Shown here in pieces: positions 17,296-26,277 of a DNA stretch of 64,000 bases; positions within the stretch are counted from its first letter, which is position 1, and every line of letters begins with the position of its first letter. The DNA is from Candidatus Falkowbacteria bacterium. GTDB taxonomy: Bacteria > Patescibacteriota > Patescibacteriia > Patescibacteriales > UBA12465. The translations under genes were made by a program, and so were the position numbers. The stretch spans positions 773,062 to 837,061 of the forward strand of contig CP066698.1 in NCBI GenBank assembly GCA_016432645.1. Reading direction: 5' to 3'. The notes under the pieces are model-generated. The model ran no database searches and was not told the origin of the DNA. It was given only the letters and a program-made list of their open reading frames with translations.

Positions 17296-18339
17296 TTATT
17301 TAAGTTGTAAACTGGGATCAACTCGTAATTTAGAGAAATCAGTAGGTTTGCTGGATAAATATTTAAAAAATCCCGCCGCCGCAATCATGGCAGCGTTATC
17401 AGTGGTGTATTCTAAAGCAGGGACAAGAAAATTAACCTTTTTTAATCCTGTTTCTACTTGTATTTTTAATTGTATCCTTAATTCTTTATTAGCACTGACG
17501 CCGCCTGAGAGCATAATTGTCTTAGCCCCAGTTTTTTTGGCGGCTTTTATGGTTTTGCCAGCCAAAACATCAATAATTGCTTGTTGGTAGGCAAAACAGT
17601 ATTCCGGAATTCGTTTTTTCCAAGTTTTATCTTTTTTTAATTGGTACAGAAGGGCGGTTTTAAGGCCGGAAAAGGAAAAATCTGGCTTGGCAGAATTTAG
17701 CATCGGCCGCGGAAGTTCAATATTAGTTTGGAGTTCAGGGTTATTTTGAGCATATTCGGCAGCATATTTAGAGATTATCGGCCCGCCAGGGTAGCCCAAG
17801 CCCATCATTTTTGCGCCTTTATCATAGGCTTCACCGGCCGCATCGTCCAAAGTTTCCCCGATTATTTTAATTTTATGGTTTTTATCCATTAAAACGAGAT
17901 TGGTATGACCGCCAGAAACAGTTAAAATTAGGGCCGGGTAATTAATTTTGGTTTCGGGGTTGATGAAGTTGGAAAAAATATGCCCGCTAATATGATTAAC
18001 CTCTATAACTGGTTTGTTCCAGGCAAAAGCTAAGGCGCGCACCGTTTCTAGACCGGTAATGAGGGAGGTAATCAGTCCTGGGCCCTTAGTGACAGCGATT
18101 AAATCTAATTTTTTAGCGCTGAGATTAGCGATTTGCAAAGCCTCTTCAATAACTGGTAGGATGTTTAAGACATGTTCGCGGGCAGCTACTTCTGGCACAA
18201 CCCCACCATATTTCTGATGAATAGCAATCTGAGAAGAAATAATATTAGATAAAACCAAAAGACGCCCGGTTTTAGGATTGGCTTTAATTATGGAAGCGGC
18301 GGTCTCATCGCAGCTGGTTTCAATGCCTAGAATATACAT
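17296..18339 (-). CDS. tsaD: tRNA N6-adenosine threonylcarbamoyltransferase TsaD
   Basis: LGIETSCDET, GGVVPEVAAREH, H..GH, SGGHT, DDAAGEAYDK, FSFSGLKTA, TDNAAMI. Confidence 0.97.
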   Translation of the reverse strand: MYILGIETSCDETAASIIKANPKTGRLLVLSNIISSQIAIHQKYGGVVPEVAAREHVLNILPVIEEALQIANLSAKKLDLIAVTKGPGLITSLITGLETVRALAFAWNKPVIEVNHISGHIFSNFINPETKINYPALILTVSGGHTNLVLMDKNHKIKIIGETLDDAAGEAYDKGAKMMGLGYPGGPIISKYAAEYAQNNPELQTNIELPRPMLNSAKPDFSFSGLKTALLYQLKKDKTWKKRIPEYCFAYQQAIIDVLAGKTIKAAKKTGAKTIMLSGGVSANKELRIQLKIQVETGLKKVNFLVPALEYTTDNAAMIAAAGFFKYLSSKPTDFSKLRVDPSLQLK

Positions 18340-18422
18340 ATATGTATTGTAGATTATTTTAGGAAAAAGACAAACAGTGCTATAATTTAAATATCAGAAC
18401 CTGATAATTATTCGTGATTTTT

Positions 18423-19121
18423 ATGAAAATAGACGCCAAAAAAGTAATCCTAGCTTTTATTTTATTGGTTATTGTCATTTTTGTTTTTGTCGTAGGAGTA
18501 ATTCTTTCAGGCCGTTATATTTTGACAACTAAAAATTTAGCTCAAAATAATAATGCCAGCTTACCTGAAAATTCAGCGGCTAATTTATTTCCGGAGAGCG
18601 GCTTGCCGGCGGAAGCTATTAGTAATGATGATTCAGAATTTTTAGCTTTTATTAATACTAGCGCTAAAGATGGAGATCTTGGATATTTTAAAAAAGTTGA
18701 CGAGACAGATTTAATTCTAACTAATATTAATAATTTAGTTTCTATCGCTGGCGATGGCAGCACTACGACAATTAATTTTTTTGATATTTCTGGCCAACCG
18801 TTATTTTTCAAATCCGACCCGGCATATTATGGCGAGGAAATTGAGTATAGCCCCAATCGAGATTACGCTTTAGAAATTTCTACCAGCGAGCCCGACTCTT
18901 CCGCTTCACTTTGGGATTTAACAAACCAGAAAGTTTATTACTTAGCTCAATGCGGCACAGCTTGCAATTTACGCGGCGGCTATTGGTTAAATAACGAACA
19001 ACTGCTAGTTTTTGGAATCGAAGAAAATTATAATGTTAATCTGGATAAGTTTCAAGAGGTGAGATTTATAAATATTTATGATTTAGTTAAGAAAATTAAA
19101 TCAGTCTATTCGGATGAGTAG
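18423..19121 (+). CDS. Membrane-anchored hypothetical protein
   Basis: N-terminal TM helix and a beta-rich extracellular region with CGTAC. Confidence 0.7.
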   Translation: MKIDAKKVILAFILLVIVIFVFVVGVILSGRYILTTKNLAQNNNASLPENSAANLFPESGLPAEAISNDDSEFLAFINTSAKDGDLGYFKKVDETDLILTNINNLVSIAGDGSTTTINFFDISGQPLFFKSDPAYYGEEIEYSPNRDYALEISTSEPDSSASLWDLTNQKVYYLAQCGTACNLRGGYWLNNEQLLVFGIEENYNVNLDKFQEVRFINIYDLVKKIKSVYSDE

Positions 19122-19130
19122 TTAACCTAT

Positions 19131-19982
19131 ATGTTGAATTTAAAAATCGGTTTTATCGGCCAGGGATTCATCGGCAAAAATTACGCCGATGATTTTGTAA
19201 ATCGTGGCTATGAAGTTATCCGCTATTCTTTGGAGCCGGAATATGCCGCCAATCGAGAAAAAATTTCTCAGTGTGATTTGGTTTTTATCGCCGTTCCCAC
19301 ACCGACTAAGCGCGCCGGTTTTGATGATAGTTATTTGCAAGCCGTCTTGCCGTTAATTGGCCAGGGAAAATCGGCGATTATTAAATCAACAATTATTCCA
19401 GGAACTTGTGAAAAATTACAAAGTTTATTCCCCGAGATTTTTGTTTTTCATTCTCCGGAATTTTTAACTGAAAAAACCGCGGCCTTTGATGCTGCCAACC
19501 CGACTCGTAATATTGTTGGCTATCCGATAGATAACGAAGAATATAAAATGCGCGCTCAGATCGTATTAGATGTTTTGCCTTCAGCACCAGTTAGTTTTAT
19601 TTGCTGCGCTAAAGAAGCAGAACTTATAAAATACGCAAGTAATTGTTTTTTAATGACTAAAGTTGTTTATGCTAATGTTTTATATGATTTAGCCGCCAGG
19701 GAAAATTTAGATTGGAGCAAGATTCAAGCAGGCATGGGCTCTGACCCGCGAATCGGAATGAGTCATCTAAATCCAATTCATCAATCTGGCGTCAACGGTA
19801 AAATTGGCCGGGGTGCCGGCGGTCACTGTTTTGTTAAAGACTTTGCGGCTTTACGGATGTACGCTGAAGGACGGGGCTTAGATAATGCTGGTTTGGAGTT
19901 TCTAAAAGCGATTGAAAATAAGAATTTGGAGCTTTTGCGAAATAGCGATAAAGATTTAGATATCTTAGCCGATATTTATTAG
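19131..19982 (+). CDS. UDP-glucose/GDP-mannose dehydrogenase family protein, lacking the C-terminal domain
   Basis: GQGFIG, AVPTP, IKST..PG, SPEFL.E, AELIKY..N, GAGGHCFVKD. Confidence 0.88.
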   Translation: MLNLKIGFIGQGFIGKNYADDFVNRGYEVIRYSLEPEYAANREKISQCDLVFIAVPTPTKRAGFDDSYLQAVLPLIGQGKSAIIKSTIIPGTCEKLQSLFPEIFVFHSPEFLTEKTAAFDAANPTRNIVGYPIDNEEYKMRAQIVLDVLPSAPVSFICCAKEAELIKYASNCFLMTKVVYANVLYDLAARENLDWSKIQAGMGSDPRIGMSHLNPIHQSGVNGKIGRGAGGHCFVKDFAALRMYAEGRGLDNAGLEFLKAIENKNLELLRNSDKDLDILADIY

Positions 19983-20074
19983 ATTTTGGCTATTGACAGA
20001 ACGCCAGCTTTTATATAAAATGTATTTGAATCTAAGCACTTAGATTTTTATTTTATCTCAATTTGAGAAATTTT

Positions 20075-20146
20075 GGTCCCTTCGTCTAGTGGTTAGGACG
20101 TCAGGTTTTCATCCTGTTAACAGGGGTTCGATTCCCCTAGGGACTA
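20075..20146 (+). tRNA. tRNA-Glu(TTC)
   Basis: GGTCCCT/AGGGACT acceptor, CAGG-TTTTCAT-CCTG, GGTTCGATTCC; TTGACA..TAAAAT promoter upstream. Confidence 0.95.
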
Positions 20147-20244
20147 CGAAGTAAGAAATAGGTTAATAGCCTATTTTTTGTTGACTCTCGTTAGTTTTTG
20201 GGATGTGTTATAATAAAAAGGCCAATATTTTGAAGCGATAAATT

Positions 20245-21024
20245 ATGTATCCAAAATTAAGGAAAATTTTATTAGTAGTTTTTTTGCTTGTTTTGGTTAT
20301 CTCTTACTTTTTAAAAGACAACTATAAGACCGTTAAAAATATTCAGCCCGAAGTTTTAAAGGCTCCCCTGCAAGACGTCGTGGATAGTAACGAGCCTATC
20401 CAATTTTCTCAGGATGGCTTTGCTTATCACTTAACGCCGGTAGCTAAATATCAAATCCAAGGATTGGTTGTGAGCCAAATGGATTATCGTTTCTTTAGTA
20501 TTTATAATTCCGACAGCGTTTTTCCGGTTGACCTCTGTTTAACCTGGGGAGATAATCTAGCAAATAAAAGCTATCAGGAAAAACAACTCTCGTTTTCTCA
20601 AGATGCGCGTTTTTGTTTTTATAAGTGGCGCGGTGAAACAGCAATTAACCCCGATTTAATATCCAATAATCATTTAATTGCCAGCGATTCAAAAATTTTA
20701 TCAATAATTAATAAAATTAAAGCGGGTGATCAGGTATTAATTTCTGGTTATTTAGTGGATGTAAAAGCGGATAAAGCTGGTCAAGTTAGCGATTACGACC
20801 CTAGTTCATTCAGTCTTAAATCAAGTTTGACGAGAACAGACACTGGCGCCGGTGCTTGTGAAATTATCTACGTTGATGATATTAAGATAGTTCAAGTTGC
20901 TCATCCAATTTGGTCGTTCTTATTTGATTTTAGTTTTTATGCGCTCGCCGTATTAATATTTTTAGGTTTTGTTAACTTTATAATTTATTCTTATGTTCAT
21001 AAGCCAGGTCGGAAAACCGACTAA
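20245..21024 (+). CDS. Membrane protein of unknown function
   Basis: N- and C-terminal TM helices; PVDL.L.WG, SNNHLI, SLTRTDTGAGACEIIYV look like conserved motifs. Confidence 0.75.
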   Translation: MYPKLRKILLVVFLLVLVISYFLKDNYKTVKNIQPEVLKAPLQDVVDSNEPIQFSQDGFAYHLTPVAKYQIQGLVVSQMDYRFFSIYNSDSVFPVDLCLTWGDNLANKSYQEKQLSFSQDARFCFYKWRGETAINPDLISNNHLIASDSKILSIINKIKAGDQVLISGYLVDVKADKAGQVSDYDPSSFSLKSSLTRTDTGAGACEIIYVDDIKIVQVAHPIWSFLFDFSFYALAVLIFLGFVNFIIYSYVHKPGRKTD

Positions 21025-21307
21025 AATTAAAAAAGCCATTTACCTTGTCGCCTTTATATTTTTTGGGCTTTTGTTGAGTTTTAATCTCCATAGCTTAATG
21101 GAAGTAGGCTATTTGGAATTGGCGGCGCGCCATAATCTGGCCGTTCATTTTTATGGTATTTGTGCTTTGCCACCATTTATCCAAATTTTATTGCCAATTT
21201 TGGGAATTATTTTCGGGCTCTATTTCGGTTTATATTGGTGGCGGAAGATTTATCTAGAAAGATGCCTGGATAAATTTTATGGGAAAGTTAAAAATAAAAA
21301 AGTTTAG
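20993..21307 (+). CDS. Small membrane protein, hypothetical
   Basis: Two TM helices; G.YWWR.IY motif. Confidence 0.6.
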   Translation: MFISQVGKPTKIKKAIYLVAFIFFGLLLSFNLHSLMEVGYLELAARHNLAVHFYGICALPPFIQILLPILGIIFGLYFGLYWWRKIYLERCLDKFYGKVKNKKV

Positions 21308-21409
21308 ATGTATTTGACATAAATTCAACAGATGTTAAGATAATTCGACTGAAATAATCAGTCTTTTTGTTATTTAAAAATTAATATTAACCAATAAAAA
21401 TAAATTGTC

Positions 21410-22468
21410 ATGGAAAGAGATGGTTTTGTTTTTGAAAGAGAAGAGTTGTTTAAGATTGCTGATTGTAAATATGGCGAAAATGCCTATCAATCGCCCGCCG
21501 CTTTGTTTTGTTTGTTTGACTCTATGAGCCGCGATCCTTTTAGTTTGGACAAATTCCGGTTAATTTCCGGTACACCGCTCAGTTACAATAATTATTGTGA
21601 TTTGGATCGCTTGCTGCAGACAATGACGCATATTGCGGCGACTTTTGATTTGAATTGCGGTTCAACCCCCTTCATCGCGGTCGGCGTTAAACACGGCAAC
21701 GCTTGCGGGGCTGGCGTTCATGATATTGATCGCCATGAAACAATTAAGCGGACAGTGACCGGTGACCCCCAAGCCTTGTTTGGTGGATTGGTAATGTTGA
21801 ATTTTGCGGTTGATGTTGAGGAGGCGGAATTGCTGCTGTCTTATAAAACAGAAGTCAGGCGACTGCTTGATGGCGTTATCGCTCCCTGGTTCAGTCCCGA
21901 AGCGATTGAACTCTTAAAGCGTAAAGGCGACAAATGTCGCTTTGTGGCTAATAGTGCCTTGGCCGAATTAGATCGCCATAGTCTGGATAAGGAGCCGATT
22001 GTTCGTTATGTGCGCGGCGGTTTTTTGGCTCAGCCGAATTATACTTACATTTTGGATATCAATGACCCTGATTTAAAAAAATACGGCGCGGTCAAAGAAA
22101 TTCAGGAGTATGATTTTATGCTCGCTAAAGCAATTTGCGATACCAGCAACTCCAACACCATCACTATCGTTAAAGACGGCCAGCTACTTGGTAACGGTGT
22201 CGGTCAACAATCGCGAATTGGCGGAGCGAAGTTAGCCATTAGGACGGCTAAAGATAGCTGTCATAATTATTCTGGCGCCGTAGCCGTAAGCGACAGCTTT
22301 TTCCCTTTCACCGACGGCGTCGAAACTTTAGTGGTCGCCGGTATCACTGCTATTCTCAGTACCAGCGGCTCGGTTAATGACCCAAAAGTTATTGATTATT
22401 GCAATCAATGTGAAGTCCCTCTTTGGCTTATCCCTGACACTAAAGGTCGGGGATTTTACAATCACTAA
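21410..22468 (+). CDS. purH: AICAR transformylase (PurH C-terminal domain only)
   Basis: KYGEN..Q, SYNN..D, KHGNACG, SN.I, G.G.GQ.SR, SDSFFPF.DG, GSV.D; no N-terminal MGS-like IMP cyclohydrolase domain. Confidence 0.88.
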   Translation: MERDGFVFEREELFKIADCKYGENAYQSPAALFCLFDSMSRDPFSLDKFRLISGTPLSYNNYCDLDRLLQTMTHIAATFDLNCGSTPFIAVGVKHGNACGAGVHDIDRHETIKRTVTGDPQALFGGLVMLNFAVDVEEAELLLSYKTEVRRLLDGVIAPWFSPEAIELLKRKGDKCRFVANSALAELDRHSLDKEPIVRYVRGGFLAQPNYTYILDINDPDLKKYGAVKEIQEYDFMLAKAICDTSNSNTITIVKDGQLLGNGVGQQSRIGGAKLAIRTAKDSCHNYSGAVAVSDSFFPFTDGVETLVVAGITAILSTSGSVNDPKVIDYCNQCEVPLWLIPDTKGRGFYNH

Positions 22469-22499
22469 AATTATTTTTAAACTTACTATGTAAAAAGCA

Positions 22500-22542
22500 A
22501 AAACCCCATCGGATATCAATTCTGATGGGGTTTCTTTTTTTT
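22500..22542. terminator. Bidirectional terminator between the purH and purO-like genes
   Basis: AAAACCCCATCGGA...TCTGATGGGGTTTCTTTTTTT. Confidence 0.75.
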
Positions 22543-22555
22543 GGTTTTTTGTTTT

Positions 22556-23296
22556 TTAAACTTCAACTTGAGAATATTGATTGACCACGTTGATTTTGCT
22601 GGTGCCGGTAGCAATATCGATGAATTTTACCGCGAGAGAGACGCGGTTATCTTCGTTGAGAGCTTTCCAGAAAGTATCCAGAATTTCATCAGCACTGCCG
22701 GATAAGGGCAATAAATATGGCTGCCCAGAGAACGACGGCAGGGGATTACCATCACCGGAATAGGTGGTAATGCAATAACCAAATCCCGGTTTCAGATTTA
22801 CCAGATGAGGAACCCTGAGGCAAGTTTCATTTTTACCGTCTTTTCTGAAGATGACCATTTCGGCCGTGTAATCTTCTGAATCGTGTCCCAAGAAAATTGA
22901 GGCAGTAATTCTTGGCGTAAAATTTGGCTCGTCCGGTTCGTAAGACCATTTTTTTAGTAATGGTAAAATTCCAGTGTTTGCCGGGCCGTTAATTACTGCC
23001 ATTGTTTGGTGACCGTTGCTTACTACAAACCGTAGGTTTTTTTCCGCCATCGCAGTATAAATAATCAGGCTTGGGTCTTTGACTAAGTCTGGATTGGCGG
23101 GAGCTGTCCGGACAAGGCCACCATCTTTATCAAAGATAAAAATACGGTTTCTGGAATTTTCGCTTCGACCCATAATCCAATAAACCTGGATTAAATACTG
23201 TCCGCTCTCATCCATACCGCAGATAATACCGCGTCCGGGATAAACATTTTGGCGCAAAAGTTCAAGATTCTTTTGAGCAATTTCTTTTCTGTTCAT
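22556..23296 (-). CDS. IMP cyclohydrolase-like protein (PurO/IMP_cyclohyd family)
   Basis: YPGRGI, YWIMGRSENSRNR, DPSLIIY, VSNG.QT, YEPD.PNFTPRI, TY..DGNPLPSF; ATG at 23296. Confidence 0.88.
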   Translation of the reverse strand: MNRKEIAQKNLELLRQNVYPGRGIICGMDESGQYLIQVYWIMGRSENSRNRIFIFDKDGGLVRTAPANPDLVKDPSLIIYTAMAEKNLRFVVSNGHQTMAVINGPANTGILPLLKKWSYEPDEPNFTPRITASIFLGHDSEDYTAEMVIFRKDGKNETCLRVPHLVNLKPGFGYCITTYSGDGNPLPSFSGQPYLLPLSGSADEILDTFWKALNEDNRVSLAVKFIDIATGTSKINVVNQYSQVEV

Positions 23297-23476
23297 TACT
23301 ATGATTTTAATGTTCAATATATAGACCGTTCCGCATTTCCCAGCGGATTAGGTAGGCTTATTAGCTTCTAAAAATTAAAACATAGTTTTTATCGGCAGTC
23401 AACTAGTTGTTTGGCTAACATTTTGCGATTTTAGCTATTCATTGCTATATTAAAGAAGTAAATATTTTCTAAATTT

Positions 23477-24013
23477 ATGCTCATCCCTATTTTAATTATC
23501 ATTCTCTCTTTTATTATTATCGCGACTTTTGTCGTCGTTTTTTTTGGGTTGAACATGGTTTATATTAATTTAAAAACTCTCGTTCCCTGGGTGAAGACGC
23601 CGCTTAAAAATATACCAATTATTTTAGACACAATTAATCTGCCGGCCGGTTCTCTGGTTTATGATTTAGGCTGCGGCGATGGCCGTTTTTTGTTTATGGC
23701 TGAAAAACGAGGATTAAAAGCTGTCGGCTATGAACTCGCCCTTTATCCCTACTTAAAGGCGCAGTTTAATAAATTTTTACAAACTAGCCGCGTTAAAATT
23801 AAACGCCAAGATTTTCTCAAGCAAAATTTGAATGGCGCTGATGCAATTTTTATTTTTTTAAATGCTTTGGTGATGGAAAAAATTGGCCTGAAACTTAGAA
23901 AAAATTTAAAGCCGGGAATAACCGTTGTTTCTTACGGCATCCCTATCCCTGGGTGGGAGCCGTTAAAAACTTTAGAAACAAAACCGAGTCTTACCTATAT
24001 TTATAGAAGCTAA
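23477..24013 (+). CDS. Class I SAM-dependent methyltransferase with N-terminal TM helix
   Basis: VPWV.T, YDLGCGDGR, GYE, L...LKPG..VVS. Confidence 0.88.
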   Translation: MLIPILIIILSFIIIATFVVVFFGLNMVYINLKTLVPWVKTPLKNIPIILDTINLPAGSLVYDLGCGDGRFLFMAEKRGLKAVGYELALYPYLKAQFNKFLQTSRVKIKRQDFLKQNLNGADAIFIFLNALVMEKIGLKLRKNLKPGITVVSYGIPIPGWEPLKTLETKPSLTYIYRS

Positions 24014-24016
24014 AGT

Positions 24017-25021
24017 TTATTTAGCTAGCGATTTTAAAACTTGGAGATATAATTTTTCCACGATTTTTTGTTGTTTAGCCCCCATTTTAATATAGTGGTC
24101 TAAGCCGGGAGCGGAGTTAATTTCAATGACCCAGTATTTTTTAGTGTCTTGGCTTATGTCGCCGGCAATCATCAAGTCTACGCCGCATAAACGCAGGCCC
24201 ATATCTTGGGTTAATTTTATGGCTAACTTTTTAAATTTAGGATGAATTTTTTCGGTGACCTCAATTGATTCGCCGCCTGTAGAAAGATTGGCATTATCTA
24301 GGAGAACAACTTTTTTACCAGCTTTGATTACCGAATTTAATTTTAGTTTTTGCAGCTTTAAATTATTAAGCAGGCGTTTGTCTTCTAATTTTAAGCGGGC
24401 GGGGCGTTTTATTTTAATAAAATAATCTAGTTTGGCCTTTATCAAATCTTTAACGCGTGTGCGCCCATCGCCGGTAACGCTAAACGGCAGGCGCTCGTAA
24501 GCAGAAATTATTTTACCGTCTAAAACGACAAGACGATAATCGTGGCCGCTGACAATTTTTTGCACTAGGGCGATATTATCATGGGCGAAGATTTTGCTTA
24601 GAGCTTTCTTTAATTCTGCTAAATTATTTACTTTAATTACGTTCATTCCTTGGCTGCCGCTGTTGGGCTTGGCAATTAAAGGAAAGCCGATTTTTTTGGC
24701 ATATTTTTCGGCGGCCTTAATATTTTTATGAGACCCAATTACTTCGCACCAGTAATCTGAGAAAAAAGTATCGCCGATAATAGTCGGATAACCCATTTTT
24801 TTCATAAAAAAATTAGCGTAGTCTTTATCCTTAGCAATTTCGGAAGCACCGAGAGTATTTAAGTCTAAGCTGGAATAACGGAAATATCTTTTTTTGCCGT
24901 TCTTAAAAATTATTTGTCCGGCAATACCCCACTCGGGTTCAATAATTACTCGGGCGCCGATGCGCGGCGCTAATTTTTTAAACAGCGGGGCGACAATGGA
25001 GCTTAATTTAGAGGATTTCAT
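24017..25021 (-). CDS. Stand-alone ATP-grasp ligase, cyanophycin-synthetase/GshF-like
   Basis: KDK, GFPLIAKP..GSQG, G.DYRL.V, V.GDG, NANLSTGG, GVDL, VIEINSAPG. Confidence 0.82.
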   Translation of the reverse strand: MKSSKLSSIVAPLFKKLAPRIGARVIIEPEWGIAGQIIFKNGKKRYFRYSSLDLNTLGASEIAKDKDYANFFMKKMGYPTIIGDTFFSDYWCEVIGSHKNIKAAEKYAKKIGFPLIAKPNSGSQGMNVIKVNNLAELKKALSKIFAHDNIALVQKIVSGHDYRLVVLDGKIISAYERLPFSVTGDGRTRVKDLIKAKLDYFIKIKRPARLKLEDKRLLNNLKLQKLKLNSVIKAGKKVVLLDNANLSTGGESIEVTEKIHPKFKKLAIKLTQDMGLRLCGVDLMIAGDISQDTKKYWVIEINSAPGLDHYIKMGAKQQKIVEKLYLQVLKSLAK

Positions 25022-25125
25022 ATTAGTGTTAGTTTTTGGAGCTAGCAAGTTTTATCATAGCAAATACTGGTTTTTTATTCTAGATTTCATCGCTTTTCTG
25101 TGATTTTTCTGCTATAATCAAACAC

Positions 25126-26163
25126 ATGAAATATCGGCTTTATACAACTTCCAATAAAGCCTGGGACGGAATGTTCCGGGCGATGGCGAAAGCAGTGCAT
25201 TCAATTTATTTGGAGATGTATATTTTAGTTGATGACACTAATAAAACACATAATTTTTTTCAGCTCTTAAAAGATAAAGCCCGGAGCGGAGTGGAGGTCG
25301 TTATTATTGCTGATGCTTATGGCAGCTCTTCGCTAAAGGCGTCTAACATCAAAGAATTAAGGGAGGCGGGCGCGGAATTTATTTTTTTCAGCCATTGGCT
25401 GAAGAGGACTCATCGCAAGATTTTAATAATTGATAATCGAGTAGCTTTTTTGGGCGGCGTTAATATTGAGGAAAAGATTAGAGATTGGCGCGATTTGCAG
25501 ATAAAGATGGAAGGCGGAGCTGTTAAATTTATTCTAAAATCATTTGCTAATTCTTATCGCAAATGCGGCGGCAAGCGTGAGTCAATTTTACATTTTTCTT
25601 TTACGCCCTTATCTCATAAATTAAAATATTGGGTAATGGATAATTGGCGCGGTACTGGTAAGAAATATTATTTAAATGATTATTACCGCGAGAAAATTGC
25701 CGGCGCTAAATTTTTAATTCAAATTGTCACGCCTTATTTATTACCGCCGCGCTGGTTGATTGCTGCTTTGGATGATGCCTGTCGCCGCGGCGTTAAGGTG
25801 GAAATAATAATCCCGGCGCATACTGATATTCCCGCTTTAGATAAAATTAACTATCTTAATTGCTGCCGCTTAGCTCATATCGGCGTTTCCTTCTGGCTGA
25901 CTAAAAGCATGAATCATGCCAAGCTGATGTTAATTGATAACTCTGAAGGGCTGGTTGGTTCTCAGAATATGGATATTCTGTCTTTCGGCTGGAATTTTGA
26001 GGTTGGTATATTTTCCCAGCAAAAAAACCTCGTGGCTGACTTAAAAAATATTATTGAAACTTGGAAATCGGAAGCCCGGCCATTTAGTAATGAATACCGA
26101 AAAATCAGCCGGGGAGACAAATTGTTAATCGGTTTTTTGCGGTTTTTTTACCCCATCTTTTAA
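25126..26163 (+). CDS. Phospholipase D/cardiolipin synthase family protein
   Basis: Two HKD motifs: HRKILIID...GGVN and HAKLMLID...GSQN. Confidence 0.9.
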   Translation: MKYRLYTTSNKAWDGMFRAMAKAVHSIYLEMYILVDDTNKTHNFFQLLKDKARSGVEVVIIADAYGSSSLKASNIKELREAGAEFIFFSHWLKRTHRKILIIDNRVAFLGGVNIEEKIRDWRDLQIKMEGGAVKFILKSFANSYRKCGGKRESILHFSFTPLSHKLKYWVMDNWRGTGKKYYLNDYYREKIAGAKFLIQIVTPYLLPPRWLIAALDDACRRGVKVEIIIPAHTDIPALDKINYLNCCRLAHIGVSFWLTKSMNHAKLMLIDNSEGLVGSQNMDILSFGWNFEVGIFSQQKNLVADLKNIIETWKSEARPFSNEYRKISRGDKLLIGFLRFFYPIF

Positions 26164-26277
26164 AATAACTATATTTTTTAGCCAACCAGAGAAATTCAAG
26201 GCGCTGATTGCCCAGGCCTTGTTTTTTTGTTAATTTTCATTTATAATATCTGCAATATTAATTTAAATTTATTTGTT

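Noticed and set aside
23297..23370. ZMP/ZTP or fluoride riboswitch upstream of the purO-like gene
   Set aside because: GCTAATAAGCCTAC only loosely resembles the fluoride 3' motif and the 5' GGCGATGG is absent; the ZTP consensus is not found
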